Of a stretch of DNA of 64,000 nucleotides, positions 18,996 through 28,831 are shown piece after piece; the stretch's first letter is position 1; each line of letters starts with the position of its first letter. The stretch is from positions 36,354 to 100,353 of the forward strand of contig JAHITY010000015.1 of assembly GCA_018817165.1 (NCBI GenBank), given 5' to 3'. Under the pieces are notes generated by a model. The model made no database searches. It had not been told where the DNA came from and saw only the letters and a program-made list of their open reading frames with translations. Origin of the DNA: Candidatus Omnitrophota bacterium. Its GTDB lineage: Bacteria > Omnitrophota > Gorgyraeia > B26-G9. The position numbers and the translations under genes were made by a program.

Positions 18996-19916
18996 ATGTA
19001 TTTAACCGCTACGGAGGAAACATCAATGCGCCTAATGTATGATCTACATGCTCTGGATAAAACATTATTAATTGAATCCGACCAGAAAATAAATAAAGCT
19101 GTTCTTAATAAGCTTGCCCAAACGAGCAAAAAAATCACTTCCTTAAAGATCGCGGATACTGTCATTTCCAATGATATCAAAAAAGCTTTTAAAGATCCAA
19201 GCTATGCTATTATATTTTCTCCAGAGAGTATAAATAGAAAAATTAGTCTCATAATGAAAAATTTAATAATGCCCAAACCAATAATTTCTGAGCTTAAAAT
19301 AATAAAAAAAACAATGCCTTATACCTATCGACATATTTTGGTAACCGCGATCCTGGCTACTAAAATATCTTTAGACAAACAGCTTAAAGGCAAATATGAT
19401 CCAATAAAAATTGCGCGGCTAGGACTTGTTCACGATATCGGCAAATCCAGAATACCTCCAGAAATTCTTCAAAAACCAACGCCTTTGACTAAAAGCGAAC
19501 ATGAAGTTTTAAAAACACACGCGCTTATTGGATATATTTTATTACACTACTATTGCGGAAAAAAACATGTATTATATGATTGCGCCTCTTATGAACATCA
19601 CGAAAGATTGGATGGTTCCGGATATCCACGCCATGCCAAGAAAATCAATAAATACTCTCAAGTAATTGCTGTTGTTGATGTATTTGATGCCCTAATTGCC
19701 ATCAGACCTTATCGTAAAACCGCTTTTTCATTAAGAGCCGCTCTTGACTTGCTCTTAGAAAATGTGGCGCAAAAAAAGCTAAACAAACAAATAGTTCATT
19801 TATTGATTTCTTTTGCTCGGATAACCAAACCTAATTTAAAGGAATTAAGGATTTCCCAGGTCAAAAGAGATAAACCCCCGACAAAGAATGTTTATGGGAA
19901 AATCGCTAAAGGATAG
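18996..19916 (+). CDS. HD-GYP domain phosphodiesterase
   Basis: HDIGK and HHERLDGSGYP motifs. Confidence 0.75.
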   Translation: MYLTATEETSMRLMYDLHALDKTLLIESDQKINKAVLNKLAQTSKKITSLKIADTVISNDIKKAFKDPSYAIIFSPESINRKISLIMKNLIMPKPIISELKIIKKTMPYTYRHILVTAILATKISLDKQLKGKYDPIKIARLGLVHDIGKSRIPPEILQKPTPLTKSEHEVLKTHALIGYILLHYYCGKKHVLYDCASYEHHERLDGSGYPRHAKKINKYSQVIAVVDVFDALIAIRPYRKTAFSLRAALDLLLENVAQKKLNKQIVHLLISFARITKPNLKELRISQVKRDKPPTKNVYGKIAKG

Positions 19917-20103
19917 AATTAATTGACTTTGGGAGAGTTTTTGGGAATTAAATTGCTTTTCCTGCTTTTTACTTTATAACTTTATAACTTTATGAACTTT
20001 ACAAGCTTTCTACTCATTTTTCTGTGTTTTCGGTTTTAGTCATTTGAGTTTATTTAGAATTTAGAAATTAGAAATTAGTAATTAATAATTTGTTCTCTGT
20101 TTC

Positions 20104-22668
20104 CTAGATCCTATTTGTTGTTTCATAACCAACATTAAATCTAATCGGGTTTTCATCAGGAAAAGCTTTTAAGCGAAAAATAAACCATAAAGTTCTGTCC
20201 TCAACCGACCCATCATCGTTTAATTTAATATCAAAAGTTGTTTCCAACTGCCAGCAATGCAAGTCTCTGTAAACAGTATATTGCTGTTCCTGAAAGCTGT
20301 CGGTATAAGATAAATAACGAGTATAGGATCTTACCTGCCATTTATCATTTATTTTATAATACACATCTGTTGTAAGCTGTTCGCTTATATTGCGATCATA
20401 ACGTTTACCCAAACCTAAACTCCATTTATCATCATGCGTTGCATAAAGATCTATATTTGCTGTCTGAATTCGTTTTTGATATTGATTAAAAACTGTATCT
20501 GAATCTAAATGTAACCAACGATATGGCCTTAAATTAAATTCACTATTTATATAGCCAAAATGTTTAACTCCCGGCGCGGCATTTTGCGTATAATCAACAT
20601 TAGGATAAAAATATACAAGATCAATATTTTCAAATTCCCCGGTTTCTTTTACTTTCCATTTAGTCTGAAAATGGTTTTCAATCCCAAAGGTAAAAGCATT
20701 TACAGCGCTGATAGAATCTATTTGGTCAAATGGCCCCAGTCTACTGCCCTCAACCGTCGGGCTATGAATATACGCATATTTTACACTAGGAGTAATAATA
20801 TGCCTCAACCGGTTTATTTCAATTCCCAGCGGTGATCCACTATAATCATATATTCGGAAAAACTTTGTATTCATATCCAGACCATAATAATGAATACCTC
20901 TAATAAAATCCTCTTGTAGTCCGATATTATCTTTAGAATAATATGTCTGACGCGTTCCCATATATGGAGCAATATTAATCCAATCAAAATCTCCGGGAAG
21001 TTGTGTCGGGTATTTTAATTCACTGTAACTATCGATTCTATTAGCATCTGTATCCAAATCGCTATTAGCGGTTTTTTTATTTAAATTAGCCATAGCAAAA
21101 TCCTGACGAAAATAAAGATTTGAATCAGCGATTTCTTTGCTTACCGTATTCAGCTCGATTTCAGGCAAGCGCTCTACTTCCGAATAAAAACGATTAGTTC
21201 TTTTTCGCGCATATAAGCTGACACTATAATCATCCTCATAATGCGTAAGCGATCCCTCAGATACCGGCTGAATGTCTTCGGAATACTCCCGATATAAATA
21301 ATCTTTGGTAAAATCAATATCACTTAATTTATTATACTCTAATAGCCCTAAGGTCGACTTATCCGCCTGCCAACGATGTTTCAACTGTCCGCGGTAGCGT
21401 TCAGTTTCCTGCGAATTATCCTCATATTTATCCCGCTCATTCATATAATATGTTTTAATACTTCCTAAGCCAAAATCCTTAGTATTATACTCAGCATCTA
21501 TCCCGCTGGCAAAACCTTTAAGTTGCCGATGATCAGCATGAATTTTATAATGAAGATATTGATTTAAATCATATCGCCAGGTAGTTAAAATAAATCCGCC
21601 CCATTCTTTTTTCTGCCCGACACTTACAGCTGGATTTGTCCTGCCATCTTCAAGTGATTGACTCCAGTAGGGGAAATATGCTACCGGAACATTCCCCACA
21701 AACATCAGAGCATTTTTAGCTACAATCCGATCATCAATATAGTAATCGATTTTTTTTGCCTGAATCCGATAATGCGGTTTACCCTCAAGATCGCAGGTTG
21801 TAATATAAGAATGTTTTAGTTCAATTAAGTTTTTTTCCGCTTTTTTTTCCGCGCTTTCCGCTGCCCCAAACCAAATATCATTATTAATTCTGACATCTGT
21901 AAATCCGCCTGTTTGGGTTTTAAAATTATAGTCCAAAGTCTTACCGGTTAAAACCGCATTTCCCTGTTTGAGAATCACATCACCCTGTGCCTGGGCAATC
22001 TGCTTTTCTAAATCAAATTCAAGCCGTTCGGAATCTATCCTCACATCTTGATAAATCGCGTAGACATTCCCTTTATTTCCTGAAAAACTTTCTAAAAAAC
22101 CCTGTTTAGTGCTGAAATCATATTCCAAGATATCTCCGTACAGGGAAATCCCTTGGCGGACAACACAAACATTACCTTTAGCCTGCGCGATCTGCTTTTC
22201 TAAATCAAATTCCAGTCGTGATGCATCAATCCGCACATCTTGATAAAGAGCATAAATCCTTTCGCTATTTTCTCCCAAGCCTTCCACAACACCCTGCTTA
22301 GTATTAAAATCATATTGCAATTTTTGCCCATACAGAGAAATCTCCTTTTGCACAATACAAACATTTCCCGAAGCAACAACTCCTTTTGATTTCATATCTA
22401 CATCAGCCTGATCGGCTGTTAAAACTACCCCATCATAATCAATTTTAACATTACCTTTTCCGGTAATCATTGTATCCAAATACTCAACATCATCAGCATC
22501 AACGGTAACAGGACGCCCTGAGCCTGTTTTTGATTTAAGATTATCTTTTGGTTTGTCTTGAGAAAAACTAGGGGGTAAACAAAAAAACATCGAGGATAAA
22601 CAGATAAAACAGTAGACAAAAAAATGTCTTAAAAAAAAACTGAGGGGTTTACTCTGAAATAATCGCAA
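20104..22668 (-). CDS. lptD: LPS-assembly protein LptD (OstA family) with an internal tandem duplication
   Basis: N-terminal OstA-like beta-jellyroll repeats followed by a large C-terminal beta-barrel. Length 854 aa. Confidence 0.75.
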   Translation of the reverse strand: MRLFQSKPLSFFLRHFFVYCFICLSSMFFCLPPSFSQDKPKDNLKSKTGSGRPVTVDADDVEYLDTMITGKGNVKIDYDGVVLTADQADVDMKSKGVVASGNVCIVQKEISLYGQKLQYDFNTKQGVVEGLGENSERIYALYQDVRIDASRLEFDLEKQIAQAKGNVCVVRQGISLYGDILEYDFSTKQGFLESFSGNKGNVYAIYQDVRIDSERLEFDLEKQIAQAQGDVILKQGNAVLTGKTLDYNFKTQTGGFTDVRINNDIWFGAAESAEKKAEKNLIELKHSYITTCDLEGKPHYRIQAKKIDYYIDDRIVAKNALMFVGNVPVAYFPYWSQSLEDGRTNPAVSVGQKKEWGGFILTTWRYDLNQYLHYKIHADHRQLKGFASGIDAEYNTKDFGLGSIKTYYMNERDKYEDNSQETERYRGQLKHRWQADKSTLGLLEYNKLSDIDFTKDYLYREYSEDIQPVSEGSLTHYEDDYSVSLYARKRTNRFYSEVERLPEIELNTVSKEIADSNLYFRQDFAMANLNKKTANSDLDTDANRIDSYSELKYPTQLPGDFDWINIAPYMGTRQTYYSKDNIGLQEDFIRGIHYYGLDMNTKFFRIYDYSGSPLGIEINRLRHIITPSVKYAYIHSPTVEGSRLGPFDQIDSISAVNAFTFGIENHFQTKWKVKETGEFENIDLVYFYPNVDYTQNAAPGVKHFGYINSEFNLRPYRWLHLDSDTVFNQYQKRIQTANIDLYATHDDKWSLGLGKRYDRNISEQLTTDVYYKINDKWQVRSYTRYLSYTDSFQEQQYTVYRDLHCWQLETTFDIKLNDDGSVEDRTLWFIFRLKAFPDENPIRFNVGYETTNRI

Positions 22669-23631
22669 CTAACTGCCTCGATGATAATTAATAATTATTT
22701 TAAGCATTTCATCAAGATCAATACTAGGATTAAACCCAGTTAATTTTTCAATTTTAGAAGTGTCCGGGACTCGATAAAACATATCTTCAAAGTTTTCACC
22801 ATAAACCTGAGAATATGGGATATAAGTTATTTCCGAATTACTGTGACAAAGTTGTTTTATCTTTTGCGCGATTTCTCCAATAGAAATAAAATTACTATTT
22901 CCAATATTGAAGATTTGACCATAAGCCTGAGGATTATCCATCAAAGATTTAATCGCTTTAACCACATTGTCAATATAGGTAAACGATCTGATTTGTTGAC
23001 CGTCTCCATAAACAGTAATCGGCTGATTTTTAAGCGCCTGCTCAACAAAACGCGGGATTACCATCCCATAATTATGGCTTTGTCTTGGCCCGCAGATATT
23101 AAATAAGCGACCAATCACAATAGGCAATTTTTTTTCTTGAGCATAAGCAATAGCTAAAAACTCATCAAACCCCTTAGAAAAAGCATATCCCCAGCGAGAT
23201 TTTGATACAGAACCCATTATTCTATCATCATCTTCACTAAAAGGAACGTCAGCATCTTTACCATAGACCTCAGAAGAAGAAGCAAAAAATACTTTTTTAT
23301 GAAAAATATGCGCAAGCTCGAAAATAATTTCAGTTCCCCGCACATTGGTAATCAAAGAATCAAGCGGATTATCAATAACAAATTTAACTCCAACCGCGGC
23401 CGCTAAGTGGTAAATACACTCGCATTCCGTGACAAGTTTAAGCATCAACTTATAATCTAAAATACTGCCTTCAATAAACCTAAATTCAGCTTTATCTTCT
23501 AAATGCTTAATATTCTCTTTGCTCCCAGTTATAAGATTATCCACTACTGTAAGTTCATGTCCATCATTAAGCAAACTTTCAGCTAAGTGAGAACCCACGA
23601 ACCCGGCTCCACCTGTAAGCAAAATTTTCAT
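22669..23631 (-). CDS. NAD-dependent epimerase/dehydratase (UDP-sugar decarboxylase/epimerase-like)
   Basis: N-terminal GGAGFVGSH Rossmann motif and a YxxxK catalytic dyad (YAFSK). Confidence 0.8.
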   Translation of the reverse strand: MKILLTGGAGFVGSHLAESLLNDGHELTVVDNLITGSKENIKHLEDKAEFRFIEGSILDYKLMLKLVTECECIYHLAAAVGVKFVIDNPLDSLITNVRGTEIIFELAHIFHKKVFFASSSEVYGKDADVPFSEDDDRIMGSVSKSRWGYAFSKGFDEFLAIAYAQEKKLPIVIGRLFNICGPRQSHNYGMVIPRFVEQALKNQPITVYGDGQQIRSFTYIDNVVKAIKSLMDNPQAYGQIFNIGNSNFISIGEIAQKIKQLCHSNSEITYIPYSQVYGENFEDMFYRVPDTSKIEKLTGFNPSIDLDEMLKIIINYHRGS

Positions 23632-24632
23632 TATTTCTCCTTATTAGACAGGACTAATGAAGCAGCCCCAATAATTCCCGCTTTTTCCTTAAATTTAGAA
23701 GAGACTATTTTTAAATTGCGACATGATACCTGAAAAGCTCTATCTTTGACAATTCGTCTTATCGGATCAAGAATTAAGTTCCCCGCATTAGCCACTCCCC
23801 CACCAATAACAATTATCTCTGGATTAAGCAGATTAACAACATTGGCTAAAATTGCTCCCATATGCAAACCAACTTCTTGCCAAATAATCATGGCAAAGGG
23901 ATCTTTTTTTCTAGCAGCCTTGCTCAGCATCTCCAAAGTAAGATTTGAATATTTACCAGCCAGCTGATTTTTTAACAAACTTTTTGAACCATTACGTAAC
24001 CGCTTGATCGCTGATTCTAAGATATATCGATTCCCCACATATCTTTCCACGCAACCTTTACCTCCACATACACAAAGCGGTCCATTTTCATTAATCGTCA
24101 TGTGCCCGATTTCTCCGGCCGCAAAATTCATTCCCCGATAGATTTTCCCATCCAGAACAATGCCACCGCCAATTCCAGTACCCATTGTCACACAAAGACA
24201 ATCTTTATGTCCCTTAGCCGCTCCGAATTTACTTTCCGCCAAGGCCATAAGATTAGCATCATTATCAACCAAAACCGGAATCTTAACCTTAGCCATCAAC
24301 TCATCACGCAAATTAACATTTTTCCATCCAGGAACATTGGTCAGATCAAAAACAAGCCCTTTATTAAAATCAACTCTGCCGGGCACGCCAATACCAACAC
24401 CCCGCACGCGATTTCCTTTGTAAGTGCTTTCTGCTTTTAACTTAATAATTCTAATAACCAACTGCTCAATTAATTCATCTTTTTTATAGTCTTTAGTTTG
24501 GAAAGATGAAAAGCCTACGATCTTAAAACTATCTCCGCTAAAACTAACTAATGCTAATTTTACATTTGTCCCACCAAAATCAACTCCGATTGTATAGCGA
24601 ACATTCCCAGTCTTACGTCTTTCTGTTGACAC
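23631..24632 (-). CDS. ROK-family sugar kinase (glucokinase-like)
   Basis: IGVDFGGTNVK at the N-terminus and a CxCGxxGC ROK zinc motif (CVCGGKGC). Confidence 0.8.
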   Translation of the reverse strand: MSTERRKTGNVRYTIGVDFGGTNVKLALVSFSGDSFKIVGFSSFQTKDYKKDELIEQLVIRIIKLKAESTYKGNRVRGVGIGVPGRVDFNKGLVFDLTNVPGWKNVNLRDELMAKVKIPVLVDNDANLMALAESKFGAAKGHKDCLCVTMGTGIGGGIVLDGKIYRGMNFAAGEIGHMTINENGPLCVCGGKGCVERYVGNRYILESAIKRLRNGSKSLLKNQLAGKYSNLTLEMLSKAARKKDPFAMIIWQEVGLHMGAILANVVNLLNPEIIVIGGGVANAGNLILDPIRRIVKDRAFQVSCRNLKIVSSKFKEKAGIIGAASLVLSNKEK

Positions 24633-24694
24633 TTACTTATTCCTCCAAAAGAGTTGTTTATTGCTGCTAAAGCAATAAATTATTTACTTGCTGA

Positions 24695-25528
24695 TCAGGT
24701 TAAATAGTCTAGAACCTGAGCAATTAATATTTTCATCTGTTTGCGATTAACAATCAAATCCAGCATCCCATGTTCAATCAAAAATTCTGAGCTTTGAAAA
24801 CCAGCCGGAAGCGTTTGTCTAATAGTTTGCTCAATAACTCTTGGACCGGTAAACCCGATTAATGCCTTTGGTTCAGCTATAGTCACATCACCTAAACTAG
24901 CAAAACTGGCCATAATTCCTGCCATCGTAGGATTAGTTAATACCGATATAAATAAAAGACCTTTTTCTTTATGCTTAGCCAATGCTGCGGATGTTTTAGC
25001 CATCTGCATAAGGCTGGTCAATCCTTCATACATCCGCGCTCCCCCGCCAGAACCGGAAACAATGATAATCGGAAGCTTTAGTTCGGTTGCTTTTTCAGTT
25101 GCTCGGGTTATCCGCTCTCCGACAACCGCCCCCATTGATCCCATAATAAACCGCGAATCAGTAACAGCCATAATAACTTTTTTACCGTCAATTTCCCCCT
25201 GTCCGGTAAGCACGGCATCAACCAGTCCAGTAATTTTCTGATCCTGTTTAATTTTTTGCACATAAGTCTTAGGACCTTTAAACCCAATTATATCAATTGA
25301 GCTAAGCTTTTGATCATATTCGATAAAAGTCCCTTCGTCAATAAGAAGATCCATCCTCTGTTTTGCCGAAAGCACAAAATGATAATCGCATTTTGGACAA
25401 ATGCTCATATTCTCTTTCAGCTGTTTAGTAAAGATAATCTGACCGCAATCGCTGCATTTTGTGCATAGACCGCCTGGCATATCTTTCTTTTTGATCTTAA
25501 CTATAGTATACTTTGGTTTTCCAAACAT
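24695..25528 (-). CDS. accD: Acetyl-CoA carboxylase carboxyltransferase beta subunit
   Basis: N-terminal C4 zinc finger CTKCSDCG...CPKCDYHF followed by a crotonase-fold carboxyltransferase domain. Confidence 0.85.
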   Translation of the reverse strand: MFGKPKYTIVKIKKKDMPGGLCTKCSDCGQIIFTKQLKENMSICPKCDYHFVLSAKQRMDLLIDEGTFIEYDQKLSSIDIIGFKGPKTYVQKIKQDQKITGLVDAVLTGQGEIDGKKVIMAVTDSRFIMGSMGAVVGERITRATEKATELKLPIIIVSGSGGGARMYEGLTSLMQMAKTSAALAKHKEKGLLFISVLTNPTMAGIMASFASLGDVTIAEPKALIGFTGPRVIEQTIRQTLPAGFQSSEFLIEHGMLDLIVNRKQMKILIAQVLDYLT

Positions 25529-25689
25529 ATTTATACCGCCATTTAAACAAGGATTAAAAGCTATATTAGTTAAATAATATTTATAACCTCAACAAAATCA
25601 CATCAATATCAATAATTTTACAAGCAATTAATTGATTTATAATAACATAAAGCCGCTTAATTGTCAAAGCAGGTTTAAACCCTTATTAG

Positions 25690-26943
25690 TTAGTTAAACT
25701 CTTTAAGCCGACCCTTAAAACGGATAAGACCGAGTAATCCATAGACAATAAAACAAAAACCTATGCCTATGATAACCCAAGTAGGATTAAAGAATTCGGA
25801 AAGTTTTGAAGACACAAACATAAAGATTATGAATCCCAAATTCATCACAATTCCCAATGAACTGAATATTCTGCCCCGCATCTGAGCTGTGATAACTTCA
25901 TGAATTAATGTATTCCCCGAAATGAATATCGGACCAACCCCTATCCCAATAAACACAGAAAGAATCATCGCTAAAGGCATATAGGGATACTGTTTGAGCA
26001 ATAAGCCAAAACAACTGATGAAAAAACCACAAATTATTGCGCTTAAAAATATAATTTTAACTTTTGAAATTTTATTTCCAAACCGTCCGCACAAAAGCGC
26101 TCCCAGAAAAAATCCAATCCCCAGAAAAACTGACAATACTCCCAAATCCCGGGTGATCGAGCCAAAAACATGCTGAATAAAAACTATACCCACAACATAT
26201 AAAGCCCCGGCAGCGCACATCAGCAAAAATATAGTAAAAAAAACAAATCGCACATAAGGATTGGAAATAACGTATTTAATTCCCTCTTTTATGTCTAAAA
26301 ATATAGATTGCCTCAGCTTCTCAGCACTTTGATTTTCTGCGGTTTTTGTTTTTAAAGCCGAGTATTTTATTTTAACAAAAAACAGAAATACAGCAGACAA
26401 TAAATAAGAGATCGCATCAATGTAAAAACCACTTTTCGCTCCGACTTTTTCAATTAAAGGACCTCCCAAACCAATTCCAAAAACAACTGCCAACATCATC
26501 GTGGTGTTAATCAGGGAATTAGCGATAAGTAATTGATCTTTATCCACTATTTCCGGAATAATCGAAAATTTTGAAGGCAGAAAAAAACAACTGGTAGAAA
26601 ATACGAGGAAAACAGTAATATAAATTGGAATAAAGGATTTAGCACTAAAAAAACATAGGGGAATTAAGATTACCAGAAATGCTCTTATCAAGTCAGTTAT
26701 TATCATCGTATGCTTATGATTCCAACGATCAACATAAGCTCCGGCAAAAGGGCTAAGAATAAATGAGGGAATAATTGTAAAGGACATTACCTTTGCCAAA
26801 CCAAAAGCCGAACCACCCAAGCGCTGATATACAAGCGCAATGAGAGCCATTTGATTAAGCCGATCTCCAAACTGAGAGATAATCTGCCCAACCCAAAAGA
26901 AAAAAAAGTTTTTATCTGTAAGTATTTTGCGAAATTGACTCAT
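25690..26943 (-). CDS. MFS transporter
   Basis: 12 predicted hydrophobic helices. Length 417 aa. Confidence 0.75.
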   Translation of the reverse strand: MSQFRKILTDKNFFFFWVGQIISQFGDRLNQMALIALVYQRLGGSAFGLAKVMSFTIIPSFILSPFAGAYVDRWNHKHTMIITDLIRAFLVILIPLCFFSAKSFIPIYITVFLVFSTSCFFLPSKFSIIPEIVDKDQLLIANSLINTTMMLAVVFGIGLGGPLIEKVGAKSGFYIDAISYLLSAVFLFFVKIKYSALKTKTAENQSAEKLRQSIFLDIKEGIKYVISNPYVRFVFFTIFLLMCAAGALYVVGIVFIQHVFGSITRDLGVLSVFLGIGFFLGALLCGRFGNKISKVKIIFLSAIICGFFISCFGLLLKQYPYMPLAMILSVFIGIGVGPIFISGNTLIHEVITAQMRGRIFSSLGIVMNLGFIIFMFVSSKLSEFFNPTWVIIGIGFCFIVYGLLGLIRFKGRLKEFN

Positions 26944-26955
26944 TTTATAATTTTA

Positions 26956-27028
26956 AGCCCACGAGAGGAATTGAACCCCCGACCTAAGCTTTACGAAAGC
27001 CTTGCTCTACCAACTGAGCTACGTGGGC
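26956..27028 (-). tRNA. tRNA-Thr (anticodon CGT). No CCA encoded.
   Basis: The reverse complement GCCCACGTAGCTCAGTTGGTAGAGCAAGGCTTTCGTAAAGCTTAGGTCGGGGGTTCAATTCCTCTCGTGGGC has the anticodon loop TTCGTAA. Confidence 0.8.
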
Positions 27029-27043
27029 AAATTCAGCTACTAG

Positions 27044-27844
27044 TTATTTTGCGATAATAATAATATTATTTTTATTTGCTAAATCTAAAACTAAATCTTT
27101 ATCCAGAAACAAAGTTTTTCCAGCTTCAATTGCTAAAACAGCAACCTTCTCCTCGATCAAAGTTTTAATTGTTTTTAATCCGATTAGCGGTATATCAAAA
27201 CGCATATCTTGATTCGGTTTACTGACTTTAACCACCACAGCATTGCCTTGACAATAATAATTAGCTCTGCGTATGGCTTCATCAGTTCCTTCTATAGCTT
27301 CAACACTTAATACTACCTTATCTTTAACCACTACAGTTTGCCCGATATCCAGACCGGCTATCTGCTTGGCAATTATCAGGCCAAATTCAATATCTTCGTT
27401 TTGCGCCTTAGAGGGACCCCTAGCAGTAAGCAAACCGCTAGGAGCTAAATAATCTTTAATAAAAGTGCTGGAGTCCAGCATCTCGATTCCCAGCTGAGTG
27501 ATTCTTTGGGCTATTGCCCCAAGGATAGTATCAGTTTTCTTGTCTTTTAAACTAAACAGCAATTTGGTTAATTCCAAATCCAGCTCAATTTGACTGAACA
27601 GCAATTTATGTTTGATCTGACCAACCATAATCGCTTTTTTAATCTCTTCTTTTTTCAAAATTTCAATTAATGTTTTAAATTGACCGACACTGATCCAGTA
27701 TATTTTATCCGCAATATCCGCGAGCTGCTTATCGGCCTCTTCTTTAATCGCAATAACAACAATATAAGCCCCTGTTTTTTTTGCCGCAAGAGCGCAAATA
27801 ATTGGCAAATTTCCATTGCCTGATATTAAAGCGATTTTTTCCAT
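27044..27844 (-). CDS. lpxI: LpxI-family UDP-2,3-diacylglucosamine hydrolase (DUF1009)
   Basis: IALISGNGNLP at the N-terminus, ~266 aa. It is adjacent to lpxA, lpxC-fabZ and lpxD, and no lpxH is seen in the window. Confidence 0.55.
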   Translation of the reverse strand: MEKIALISGNGNLPIICALAAKKTGAYIVVIAIKEEADKQLADIADKIYWISVGQFKTLIEILKKEEIKKAIMVGQIKHKLLFSQIELDLELTKLLFSLKDKKTDTILGAIAQRITQLGIEMLDSSTFIKDYLAPSGLLTARGPSKAQNEDIEFGLIIAKQIAGLDIGQTVVVKDKVVLSVEAIEGTDEAIRRANYYCQGNAVVVKVSKPNQDMRFDIPLIGLKTIKTLIEEKVAVLAIEAGKTLFLDKDLVLDLANKNNIIIIAK

Positions 27845-27916
27845 CTAATATCCTCGGAATAATGAAAAAGCAGAAAGCCCAATATTCACTCTCTGCTTGA
27901 GACTTTAATTTTCGGA

Positions 27917-28705
27917 TTAGCTACCCTTACAAAATCCGCGTTGGGACTTTTTAACAAATTTCACAAGATATGACACATAAGGATCTTCAGGAATATTATC
28001 TTTTATTTTCTTTAATGCGCTAGAAGTAGATAGTTTAAGTTTAAATAAAAATTTAAAAGCAGACTTAAGATTTGTAACACTTTGCACTGGAACATTTGCT
28101 CTTTTTAAGCCAATGCTATTGATTCCATAAACTTTGGCCGGATGTCCATCGACAATTGAAAATGGAGGAATATCCTGAATAACCTTTGAACAGCCACCAA
28201 TAATTGACAGCTTCCCAACTCTCGAAAATTGATGAATCCCCACCATACCGCCAATAATCGCTCTATCTTCTATGGTAACATGCCCAGCTAATGTTCCGGC
28301 ATTAGCAACTACAACCTCATTGCCTACTACACAGTCATGCGCAACATGACTGTAAGCCATAAACAAGTTTTTATTACCGACAACTGTTTTACCCTTATCC
28401 ATAGTTCCGAGATTAATCGTAACATATTCACGAATAATATTATCATCTCCAATAATTGCCTGAGTCTTCTCCCCTTGGTATTTTAAATCTTGCGGTTCAC
28501 TACCGATTATCGCACCAGTAAATACCTTACACCGTTTACCCAGGCTAGTCCGGCCATCAATAACGCAAGAACTGCCGATTACAGTATACTCACCAATTTT
28601 AACATTTTCACCGATAAAAGAATAAGGGCCGATAATTACGCCCTTATCAATTTTAGCTTTTGGATTAACACAAGCCGTTGGATGTATATCAATCTTTTTA
28701 TTCAT
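27917..28705 (-). CDS. lpxA: Acyl-ACP--UDP-GlcNAc O-acyltransferase
   Basis: Left-handed beta-helix hexapeptide repeats, IHPTACV near the start and the catalytic-region block HVAHDC. The listed ORF to 28765 adds 20 non-homologous codons. Confidence 0.85.
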   Translation of the reverse strand: MNKKIDIHPTACVNPKAKIDKGVIIGPYSFIGENVKIGEYTVIGSSCVIDGRTSLGKRCKVFTGAIIGSEPQDLKYQGEKTQAIIGDDNIIREYVTINLGTMDKGKTVVGNKNLFMAYSHVAHDCVVGNEVVVANAGTLAGHVTIEDRAIIGGMVGIHQFSRVGKLSIIGGCSKVIQDIPPFSIVDGHPAKVYGINSIGLKRANVPVQSVTNLKSAFKFLFKLKLSTSSALKKIKDNIPEDPYVSYLVKFVKKSQRGFCKGS

Positions 28706-28831
28706 ATAAAATATACCATATAACAGAGTGGTTAAAAAATCAAGTTGAAAAATAAAAAAGACCAACTAAAAGGACAATTTCTCTACACATTAATTGTCAG
28801 AATAGTTGATCTTTGTCATAAATTATTGTCT

